DNA of 64,000 nucleotides from Pavona decussata (Eukaryota): NCBI GenBank assembly GCA_977016875.1, contig CDRNST010000005.1, positions 248,001 to 312,000 of the forward strand, read 5' to 3'. Shown piece by piece: positions 37,661 to 49,089 of this stretch (position 1 is its first letter; each line of letters starts with the position of its first letter). The notes under the pieces were generated by a model. It saw only the letters and a program-made list of their open reading frames with translations, ran no database searches and was not told where the DNA came from. The position numbers and the translations under genes were made by a program.

Positions 37661-38803
37661 ATCTTGTTTGTTTGCAGAACTTCAGTGTTGAATTAATGCC
37701 AGACTTCCAACGCTTTTTTTTCAGTAGATACCTACTCACAGGGCCTTGATCTTAACAAGTCGGATTTGTGACGAAAAAACTCAGTAGCATTACTTCTTTG
37801 GTAAAATATCTCTTCCGACGACACTGAAACTATCGTTTACATTACTGAATAAGGGGTTCTGTTTATGCAACAGAACCCCATTGATTTTATCTCTCTATAT
37901 ATATAGAGAGAAAAGCGATGGAACTAAAACTCACTGAAATCGCGCTCAATCGCTCCAAAAACCACATAGGAGAAAGAACAACAGACAAGGGAGTTCAGGT
38001 AGGGATATTTTTATTGAAAATTCGTTCGTATTTTTTAAATTGAAATAGGAATCGTTTTTTCCCATACAAATCCTTATAATTTCGTGTAGAGCTTGGGGTA
38101 CCTGTGGGCTAATATGGATGCAAACAAAACTATCAAAAGGGCAGCCATTTTGCATAGGCGACGCACACAGATCAAATCAACCGGATTTGAAGAATGCAAC
38201 ACTTCTTTAGTAATCAAGCCCTCGGTTAGCTATACAATGTTACTCCAATTGCATACACCGTCTAAACTAAGGTTCCTGTGAGGTCACTGGTTATTGTAAA
38301 CGCTGCCGGATTGGAGGTTTGAAGTTCCATTTTCACTGACCACGCATTCTGTGTTGGCTATGGTAGTCACCCCCGACCCTCTCTAAAGTAAAATAATAGA
38401 CTTTCATACAAAATAAAGGGGGCGGGCCAGTGGGTGAAGGACTGAAAATGTGCCAGAAATAAAAGAAAAAAATTCAGCGAGTAGAACTTGTCTCTAGACC
38501 CTACCCTGTATCCTCCATGGACTAGCAGTGAAAGAAATTTCTGTCCAGCAGGGATTCTCATATATGTTAGGATTTCCTTCACAGTTTTTTTACGTACCTT
38601 AGAGGCTGGGACCTTTTCAAAAGTTACAAGCATCTTATACTGCATCACTCAGAGGATGTATTTAGAGACTCGGATCATGCGTAAACCCGCGCTAGTTGCG
38701 GTATGTGACGTCATGCTTTACTTTGGGTGGCACGAACATAACATATATCTATATGGCTGGTTATGATCTCTAAGTTTGAAAATCTGATTTTCGCCAGATT
38801 TTA

Positions 38804-38973
38804 CAGCGCAACCCCGACTTTACGATCGTCGATCTAACGATATTCCCGATTTAACGATCAACATTATTTGTCCTGGCAAAAGTTATTTATAATCCCGGAG
38901 TTTGATTACAATCCCGATTTAACGATATGATTTTGCTGTCCTCCTGCCATATCGTAAAATCGAGGTTCCACTG
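38804..38973. mobile_element. Tc1/pogo-type MITE
   Basis: TA|CAGCGCAACCCCGACTTTACGAT...ATCGTAAAATCGAGGTTCCACTG|TA. Confidence 0.72.
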
Positions 38974-41389
38974 TATAGTAAAAGAAAAAGAATGATAAAA
39001 TCAGGATTTTATTTCATCCTTACTAACATAAAAACCTACTACACTCACTTCTAAGTACATAGTTCGAGTTTAACTTATTTCCATCGGTCTTAAGTAAAAT
39101 CAGTCAATAAATTTTAACGAACGACCCATCGCGTTGAATTATTAGACGTTACTGACTAAGTTTAAAAGTATCTCTCTACAAGAATAGATATCAATATTCC
39201 ACAATACGTAACTTTTGAGCAGGCGGTTTCATGAAATTTTGAACACTAAATGGCGTGTGAAGCGTTTTTAAAGACCACAGTGAACCCTTCCTGAAGGACA
39301 GGGGTAGGAGCTGTCAGCAGGGTGTTTTTTTTAAAGAGTCTTTATCCTTATTGAGACCATGAACCAAACCATTTTGAAATTTTAAGATTAAATGCGTTCC
39401 TTTTGTGGAAACGATACTTATTAGGATTCATTTATAATAATCAAAACCTCTTAAACAAAATTCACGATGGATCAAAGTCCGAAGTGTTCAGTTTGTACCC
39501 GTCTGTGTTCATGTGAAGGATATTCACTTTCACCTGACTGCCTCGTGTCCTGTTGAAAAGGCTCCCCAACTTCCTGTGTCTAAAATATGGCCTTCTTTCG
39601 TTTCGTTCATGCAATTTTGTTCATTTGCTTGATCATGAGTTTTGGCACACTTCCGAAATTTTACTGTACAGGTCAAGCTAAAATATAGACTTTCTAAGGT
39701 CGATTTGTGGCAAGTATAGCTAAAATATTACATGACTCATATCTGAGGTACTCCTCACGCACGCCTTACTTGTGCAGACAGTGCAAAGGGATGCCCGCCC
39801 GCCCAGCAGACAATCCGAATATTAACCATGTGGTATGACCTAGATAGTAGGTAAGTTAATTGAACCATGGCAACCCATTCAGACACGAGACTGGTATTAC
39901 AGGGCTCCTTAACTCACCGCAAACTTTGGTGATATCTAACGGAGTTCACCTCACTGATCTGTGCGTCAAAAAAGAGATCTTACTTCTGCTAGCACCTGCG
40001 CTTTTTTAGCGTTCCGTAAAAGAACCATTGTCCATACGTTTAGGGAGAAAGTGTCCTTGCAGTTATCAAAAGATTGAAGGTATCAAGGTGATCTGAAGAA
40101 TTACTAGTTTGCTGGATGGAGATTCAGCGGTGAGTTTAACTCTATTCTATCAAGTTTACTGCGTGACTTTGGAAACCACTTTGAATCTCAATTAATTCGT
40201 ATTTGTTCGGGGTTTGGGTTTCAAAAATACTTTATTTTTTCATTCCAGCTTGCTTTTGACCTGTTCTAACCTACAATACAAATTATCAATAGGAGTTTAT
40301 TTCAGATTTTAGATGTTTACCAATTCGCGAAGATCAAATGTTAGTGAGATATCACTGGGCGATTTTGATTTACTTTGGTCTAAACTGCTAAAATATTTGA
40401 CAAAGAACTTGGTTTGTAACATGAAATTGCTCTTACAACACCGGGAAGAAAATATTAAGGATTTTCTCCTAGGAAGAACAAACTATAACCAGTTTAAGCG
40501 ACTACACAGGAAGAACTTGAAAAAGTTGGCCAATTTTTTCAAGTTGCAATCCACTTTCATCCTAGCCATCCGCAGCCAAAAATAATTTAGGGTATTTTCT
40601 GTGCACTACGAAGGGTTATTGTTAACAAATCTCGAACATTATGTTAACGATTCCATTGAAATAAATACGTTTTTCTATTCATAGTGACACTAAAAATAGG
40701 TGACACTGCCTCTATAATTGGAAAACAAGTACAATTTGTTTCAAAATTATTTGAAAAATGTGTTAACAGCTGGTTCATCAATCGCCATCTTGCTCTGAGA
40801 ATGCTCCCCTTTCTCATCGCTATTGCGAATCATATTTCCCAACCCTACGTGAAAAAAATCCCTGTCGTCACCATGTGAAATCTTGATATAGCCAGTAATG
40901 AAGGTAATCAATAAATCGAAAGAGACCGGTTGCATTTAATGATTTTGCCTCTCTGTGTCGTTCGATTTTAAAGAGAACTTAGCAGTGGCCTATTTGCAAT
41001 TTATAATTTTAAATTACAAATATGCATGGCGCGACACATGCATTGATAAGTAATTATGAGCGAAAACAGAGGGCCTGAAGCTAATGCAAAGGCTTTTACT
41101 GGCTGCTGTTATCGGAGAAATACATGGTAACTGGTACCACCTTCTCGGCCAATAGACCACGCCCTTCAAAATTAGCCAATTTACTTGAAAACTTCATATA
41201 CGTTTTGGCATTTTTTTTTGCCAAATATTATTAAAAATGAAGTAGGCTTTGTGATTATGAAAAGCATTATTTTATTAACTGAACCATGTCGTACGTTATC
41301 TAAGTCGACTTTTGCTTCCAGTTGTGGCCAACAAATGAAGTGCAGAAGTGAAATTTATTTACTAAAATCATATGTATTTGAACCGCGAG

Positions 41390-41545
41390 TGAAAGAATTA
41401 AGAAATAAATGACCGTCACGGTTATGTAAACAGAAAAGCCTGTATAAAAATTCAGGCTTGAACAGAATTTGATCCCATGACCTCTGCGATACCGGTGCAG
41501 TGCTCCGGCTACCAACAGAGCTATCAAACCAACTGGGAGTGGGTT
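41390..41545 (-). mobile_element. tRNA-derived SINE fragment
   Basis: Reverse-complement tRNA-like head plus aagcctg..caggctt hairpin; related pieces at about 7260-7320 and 33050-33140. Confidence 0.55.
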
Positions 41546-42489
41546 AGAGTTGTTCAGCCATCCATCCGGCACATTTTAATGTTATATGGTGAACGCTTGT
41601 ACATATCAGGGATATACTCGAGTGGGATATTCTTCCCGCGCTGACTTTGAACGTTTATTACCATTTTTTTTTAATATTTGAGCAAACGCCACCAGACTTT
41701 GTGTTTGTTTCAGCAAGGTCAGTTTGGTTTTCAAATTTTGACAAGCTGTTTTTCAGAAGAAGAAATGCTTTTGTCTGTAATGAAACGATTTAACTTTGTT
41801 ACCCTGATTTTGATGATTTTAGACTATTTTAGTTTTCGTCAAGTGGTGTTGGTTGGAACACTTTTTGGTCACTGTTGGTAGTTCTCTAAAGTTTCTCATT
41901 CAGAAATCCAAGATGATTGCCGTTTCGAAATAATGACGTAATTCTTACGTTATATGACGCTGTCACCTCCCGTTACAGACCTTAAAGGAAATATCTTAAA
42001 TGTACTATATTCCTCGAAGTGTCATTGTCATAGTTTTAATTTTAATTTTTTTACAACATTTTCTAATTATGTCATCGACCAATACTATCAATTGTATTAA
42101 TATTCGAAAACTTTTGATAGTCGTAGTTTTAATTTAATAATATCGGAGTTAAAGAGATTCTATCCACCCATCTCCGCTTAGCTTCATTGGTGTTTTTCTC
42201 TTTTTTTCAGACGGTAATGAAGGACATCACGGTAACAATAACAATTTGAAAGAACTCGGAATTACAGCTTTAACTTTGCAAAGCAGGTTTTAACATAATT
42301 TCGTCGTAGTGTGTTGGCAATGTTCAATACAATCAAAGGGAGTAGAGGAGTCAAATTTGACCATAATTCCAACTAAAATCACAGGGAATTTGCACCGCAA
42401 AATCGAGTTTGTTGATTTTTAAATACATGAACGTGGCCGAACAAACCAGAGATCTTATTTTGCGTCCCTGCCCGCGTCTGTTGAAAGAT

Positions 42490-42715
42490 TAACGACTTTC
42501 ATATCTGACTACGAGTACGAGACTGAGTACGACTTCTCAAACGTAGTTTGCATGATTTAGGCAACCGCTTGTCGCACCAATCTTGTTTCTAGGGTCTCCT
42601 TATCTGCTGATAAACAACGGGAAGGAGCAAGAGTTCTGGGGATGTGACTGATGTGAAATTGAGAGTCGTACTCGTACCCAGTCTTGTACTCGTACTCTGA
42701 TCAGAAGGTCCCTGT
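42490..42715. mobile_element. MITE with GAGTAC-repeat inverted ends
   Basis: gactacgagtacgagactgagtacgacttctcaa versus ttgagagtcgtactcgtacccagtcttgtactcgtactc. Confidence 0.6.
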
Positions 42716-43117
42716 TATCCGCAAGACAGAAGCCGCATACATCAATGAAAGTGGGCATATAACAAGTAGCTTAAGGTTCGCCCCTCGTTTGAAAAGCTTC
42801 GCTTTCCGACGACGCCCTTCGGACGATGATCGTTTCCCCGCAGGCGCCCATTGGCATAATCTTTCAACAGACTCGTAACAGATCTCATGACGCGTTCTGC
42901 CACGTTTAAGTAATTGAATCCACAAAACTGGATTTGCGCTGCATTATTCCGGTAATTTTTGCCCTTATTATTGTCAAATTTGTCACTTCCATGTCCTGTG
43001 CTACAATTTCAATTTTTACAATATTTTCAGAGTTGGCTCGTCCCCAATCCCCAACGCATTAATACACAGCGGACGCCTGTTAACCAAGGCAGTATTCAAA
43101 GTATGGCAAAGCTAAGG

Positions 43118-43209
43118 TAGCCTGCGAATGGAGACGTATTTCCGGCTTTTGCTTCTCTCCGCCGGTGGAGAGTAGCGATAGCCGAAAATACGTCTGCGTT
43201 CGCAGGCTA
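43118..43209. mobile_element. 92-bp hairpin MITE, TAG...CTA termini, perfect 9-bp TSD
   Basis: aagctaagg|TAGCCTGCGAA...TTCGCAGGCTA|aagctaagg. Confidence 0.85.
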
Positions 43210-45635
43210 AAGCTAAGGTTGCTGCTTGAATTAATTAATGTCAGTCTTCCTTAGGTTTTAAGCTCGCGGGCGCACTGATGATGCAACCTTTATAATGTGC
43301 GCACGCGAGCTGACACAAGTTTATGCAAAACAGCGAGCAAGTCAACCATACGGCCCAAATTAAAGTTGTTCAAACAGCGGTTACTTAATTTATCCCGCGG
43401 ATAAGTCGCTATCTAGGGAATAAAATGTACTGGTTGGAGTACATTTTATCCCCAAGATAGCGATTTATCCACTGGATAAAATAACCGCTCTTTGAGCAAA
43501 TGCCGCCTGAAGTAGAAAAAGAAAAGCATTTCAAAGAAAACATTCTCTTTAATGGTTTTATAAACCGAACAATTGCTGTTCGTATCTTCAAAGATAACCG
43601 AGGTTGTACATTTCATCCAATTAGTTCGCGTCAAACTTTAAGCAAACAAGTCACCTACTCTAAGGTTTACGCATGCCCAAATAGCGGTCTTAATTGGCGA
43701 ATTCTTATTTCTAAGACGTAATTACTGTGAGTCAGTGAAAATGTAAACTTTCTCGCGTTTCCTTTGGTGAAATGTTTTAAAAACTGGCACAGAGGTTTCA
43801 AATAATTTGCTATAGTTAGGGCACAATCTCAACGAAAATTTATTGAGACATGTTTTCACACAGTGACAAAAACCAATAATTTTCAAAAAGCAAAGAATCT
43901 GCCTCTATAACCCTTACCCTTTTGTCCTTGAAAGATTTTCTTGGCGAGGTTCTATCCACTGTGAAAATTTCAGAAGATTTCACCGAAGGGAATTGACAAA
44001 TATTAAAAAGAAAGCCTACTACACACTGACAAACGCTTGCGTTTGAGTAGTTTTACCGACACAATACTCAAACCCAAGTGTTCTAGAATACAGTCTTGTT
44101 CTTGGCTTTTAGATTATCGTGGATTTTAATGAATTGGTGGGAAAAAAACAAGAGAAAACTGGCTTTCGATGTGCAACATACCCCACGCTATGTTATTAGT
44201 GAAAACCTGATGGAGCCAAAACGCGACTTAAATCAAAGGAATCGAGGGAAGCTTGCAATTCCTTCAAAGAAAGGAAATTAACGCGAACGAGAAGGCTATA
44301 TTACCAAATGAACACAGGCACGGAGGCCCCACAAGATAATTACAAGAAAATTTCATACCAATGTTTGTAACTTGAACAAACATAAAGTATTCAAAACGAT
44401 TTATTCAGAGTTTGAATTTGCTAAACAAAGAAAAATAATGTTAAGGTTTTGGAGTTGCCCAGGCTAAAGAACTTCAACTTAAGATTTAGCTTCGAAGAAA
44501 ATATTTGACGTCCCACTCTGTGAAGGCTGCCGAAATAAAAACTCAAAGAAAATAAGATGACAAAAATAATCGCATTTTTTTTAATTCGCGTTAATTCCCT
44601 TTTTACAAAGTATACCTGTCGCTAAGCAAGTTGCTTGAAAAGGTATCTTTTTTTTACGATAAATGAAAATCGTTGCTCAGAAGCAAAAGCCGTGAATATT
44701 AAAAACGTCGCAATGGAGAAACACAGATACAGGTCACCAAAGACATAATTTGGAATATGAAGGATCCCTTTTTGGTATCTTCGTAAGAAATTCTGGAGCG
44801 AAGGAAGCGAGTATAATGAATTGCTCTTCCCATACTTCCCATTCACAAAATGCGACGCGACTTTTAGAGCAATCTTAATGGAACGATTTATTAAACAAAC
44901 AGAAATTGAAAATATTGGAATTCCGTCCAGAAACTGAAATTCTTTAGTCATAATTTAGTTGATTACTCTTTTTATTTGTATTTGTACGTTATTTTTACAA
45001 ATCCTCGTAACTAAAACATATTTAAAACTCTTATGATTTCATCTTTAAAAATAATAAAATACATCTTGCTTTAATTTAACAATGAAGCAGCCGTCTCTTC
45101 TTATCATCTGTTCCAAAGTTAAGGGAAGTGATATTGTATTCATAGCGTTTAAGTATAGTAAAACCATTAGAGCATTTAATTCTATTTCATCGTGATATTG
45201 CTGTTAAGTGCACTTAACTAATAGCTCATCCGCTCTATAAGTAAACTATAAAATTAAATGTTTTACGTTAATCTTGGGCCTCAGTTAGATAGAAAAATCC
45301 GTGATATTCCCCTTATAAATGAGATCACCAATAGTGGTTTTATCCTTTTCTTGTACCATTTCAGACAATCAAAAATAATCTTTTGTCCTATTCATGAATA
45401 TCCAAACAGCTCACAGCTGCTAAAAGTAGGATATTGTACTACTATCTTTTTTGGCCACCGCGTATTTCCTTATGAAAGGTGTTTGTCTTTTTTTAGATAA
45501 TCGTTCAAAATGTGCTTTTACCGCCGAATGTTCATATGAGGTGCTATTGACAAGTGACTTCCCAAGGCGGATGAATAACAAGCGTGAATGTGATACAAAC
45601 AGCCGCCGTAGAAAGAAAAGAAGACAAAATGCTGG

Positions 45636-45795
45636 TCTTTACGTAACCGATATCTTTCACACGTCACTTCCATGCCTACGTAGCCGGGTCGTTATAAAAC
45701 TGCGCTGGAAAGGACATTATCGAATAAAACAAATTCGCGAGGAGTGAAGAGGAACTACATAATCATTGGCGCATCATTATCAAGTAGCTTGCAAG
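45636..45795 (+). promoter_or_regulatory. Putative promoter and non-coding exon 1 of the 47105 peptide gene
   Basis: TTACGTAA 45639, ACGTCA/CACTTCC 45661-45671, TATAAAA 45693-45699, donor AAG|GTAACT after 45795, matching acceptor caatag at 47060. Confidence 0.55.
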
Positions 45796-47104
45796 GTAAC
45801 TAATCCCTTATTGAATACGTACAGTCACAATGTTTAATTTAGGTCATGGTACGAACTAAACACACGGTTCTTTTATGAACCTGTCTGGTCCTATCAATTG
45901 CAATTTAAACCGTTGTTCATTAAACACCTGAATTCATTCGATTGAACGCAATGAAAGGAAGACATTAGTTAACTTTACTGACAATTAGATATGATCACAG
46001 CCTTTTTTATTAGTATTTTTGAAGATGGGGCAAAAAAACTACATCTCTTTTCCAGTCATCCCTGTCGTTAATGGAGCATATAACAGAATCCAAGCCAGCA
46101 TATATACTACTTGAGCAAACAGTCTACGATAAAACAGAGATAGCCAATCGGGCGGCTCTACACCACAGGGATCTCATTTTCAGAGATATGATGAACGAAA
46201 TCTATAAACCGGAAAATTTGCCGCTAATTTATACACGTTTAAAAATATATTATCTGTCTGTGTGTCTGTAATCTTTCTCAAGAAGAAATTCTTATTCCTC
46301 TTTTACATCTGATAATTTCCAGCTGTCCAATAAATCAACCAATAGTTTTGTTTAATGTTCGGGTGCTGAAAGCTAAGAATAACATTTTATTTTCTCTCTC
46401 TCTCTCTCATATCCGACGTTCAAATTATTCAATTAATCAACGTATTATTATCTAGACCGTTCAGAGTTCGTGTTGTCAAAGAAAGAACATGTAAAAATAG
46501 AAAAAAAGCTTTTCTTCGGGTGTTTACGCAATTGCAAACTGACATAAGTTACTGTTGTGCGGCAGAATAAACACTGCATAGGCTTTTTTACAACTGTTTC
46601 TATCTCTCATAAAAAATAATGTAATTGGAATTGGACTTCAAGAAACACGGAGAAAGTGCTATGTATTTCCTGTAGGAAAACTCACAGCCAATAATCCCCA
46701 TAAAATATTGCACGGTCTGTTTTAAAACCGCGAGTTTGATTGGTCCTTTCATCGTTTAACAAATTCTCATAAATAACCTTTAGTCAAAATGGAAAGTTTT
46801 ATAACCATGGCTACAAAAGTATTTAATTTTTAATTTTAGACTCATTTATGTTAAAGAACAGTGTATAATACTCATGTTAGTTTTTAATAACCCACTCGCA
46901 GACCAAATGCTCTTTCTTATATGGAAAACCTTCAACATGAGGTGAATTGGATTTGCGTGCACGAGTTTCGAATTCATGGAATTAATGTCTGAGCAAATAA
47001 ATTAAAAATCAACGTTTTCGTTTTGGTTTGTTAATCGTTTTTCAACATTTTTTTCAATAGATCTATTCCTGGGTATTTAAGATACATCACTGACACAAAC
47101 TGCG

Positions 47105-49089
47105 ATGAACAGACGCATTTTATTTGGTGCTGCGATTTTAACATTGCTTGCCGTTGCTGTTTTCTTAACGGACGGACACAAAGCTCGCCGGCGATATAGA
47201 TGGTTCGGCGGAAGACGATTTACACGAAGAAGGCCAACAAAGCCTCCAACAGGAAGCATCCAAGTTGAGATAAATCCTGTTAAACCCCCACAAAACGGAC
47301 CTGAGAGTGGTACCAACGACTTTCATGACGACCAAGATGTTGATGACTATTGGAGAGATCTGTATGAAAATGGTAAGAGGCCATCTAAGTTGTCTGTTAC
47401 CTTCAGCTACTCCACTGGGACTCCGGGAGGCGATATTGAGAATCAATATTACAATGTCATGATCGTTTTTTAAAAAGGCGAGCACAAAAATGTAATTACG
47501 TGACCCTGTCCCCCTAATCCTCTTGTCTTGTTTCTATTTTCATGTTCTCACAAGCTATCAGTGTCTTGTTAGTGAAAGCTCCAGAAGATGAAAGAATAAC
47601 GGGCGGCTGCGGTAGCGAAATTGGAATATTCCGTCACCACGCCTAAATTTGTTGCCGACTCCCGCTTTTATCACGTTAGTTTTGCTACTGTGGGAGATAT
47701 TAAGAAAATTGACATTTCATATTATTTTATGTATAGTCTTAATCTTTCACGCTATTCAGCAGTCAGTCCAAGGCAAGAATTTAATTGAAAGGCGAAATTG
47801 CTCGGTAAACACCACTTTTACTGATTGCTTATGATTAATAACAATCTATTTCTTTTTCAATTTGTCTGAAATGAAAAAGAGAAAACTCTTTCTGTTGTCG
47901 TGCGCACCGCTGCATTTTGTTTTGTAAAATTCCAGTTTTGATGATGAGAAGTTAAGGCGATTAAGTAATGTCGTCTGTGACCACAAATATCAAATCCTGC
48001 AAAATGCCACCCTTTGAAAATCACAGAAATTTAGACCCTCTCTCTGCAGGGTGTGTGCGTTACTGGGGTAGATTTTGTTTCTCTTGTGAGTTGTGAGTTG
48101 TCTGTGGTTCAAGTGGAGGTTCGAATGCCTTAAGACTCTTTAGTGCAGTTTCTGAAACAAAAATGGCAAATAAGAAACTGTATGAATATTATTAGTAGAG
48201 GGCTGTAAACAGTATCTACCCATTACAATTCTTCTTTCAGGGGACTTTCTGATCTTAACTTCGCAACAGATTGTCTGTGTTGCACATTCTTAATAAATAC
48301 AATTCTATAAATTGAACAGAAATCCTTCGATAAGTTTTGAAGGAAGATTTGGAATTGAAGTTATCGATAAGATTTTATCAAAACAAATTGATTATTTTGC
48401 AAAACATTCATGATAATTTGTTTTAAAATTTCCATTCCTACTCGGCCGATAGCATCATAAAGCTGAAAGATTCTTTGAAATTTTGAGACAGCGTTTAGCA
48501 ATACTATTTTCTGGTAGGTCCAAAAATGAAGAGTATTTGCCTAGAGGATTGATTTGAGGAAAATCCTTCTTATTTTTCTAAGGCAAACAAGGTTCGGGGC
48601 TCTCCTGCTAAGGCAGTGTTTATAAGATGGTGAAGGAACCCTTTCGGTCCGTTTCCCATTTCTTATCTGCAGCCCAGACTTCTACAACTTCCTTTCCATT
48701 CAAGGAAAAAAATCGCATAAATTTGTGGTTTGTTTTTAGGAAAATTAACAGGTTTTTTTCTTCAGATGAACTGTTGGGAACCACTTGTCGCAGTACTTAC
48801 AAAAATATAAATTTGTTTCTAAGACCACCAGCACTTATAGATATCAACACCAGGTCCTTCACGTAAAACAAACAATCAGTAAGTCGTACTCCATTTGGTA
48901 GTCATTTTACTGGGTACGTTTTGTGGGAGTTCATTTGGATATAAGAATCGTTTGGATGTAAGAAACTTGTCTAAATATTTACAGAACGTTTATTTAAGTA
49001 TTTATTTGCATTTCTAAAATCTTTAACAATTTATTGGTTTATTTTTTCTTGTAGGTGACATTTCCCTGCCTTTTGAACCTGCACTCTGA
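47105..49089 (+). CDS. Small secreted peptide precursor A: signal + Arg/aromatic-rich cationic segment + acidic tail (candidate antimicrobial or neuropeptide); join(47105-47372, 49055-49089)
   Basis: MNRRILFGAAILTLLAVAVFLTDG|HKARRRYRWFGGRRFTRRRPTK...DFHDDQDVDDYWRDLYEN; donor G|GTAAGA. The last exon (GDISLPFEPAL*, AATAAA at 49181) is the best candidate but uncertain. Confidence 0.7.

Noticed and set aside
47373-47473. C-terminal part of ORF 47105-47473
   Set aside because: Follows a consensus GTAAGA donor at the same position as the paralogue's intron; probably intronic. Alternative acceptors at 48240 and 48766 could not be excluded.
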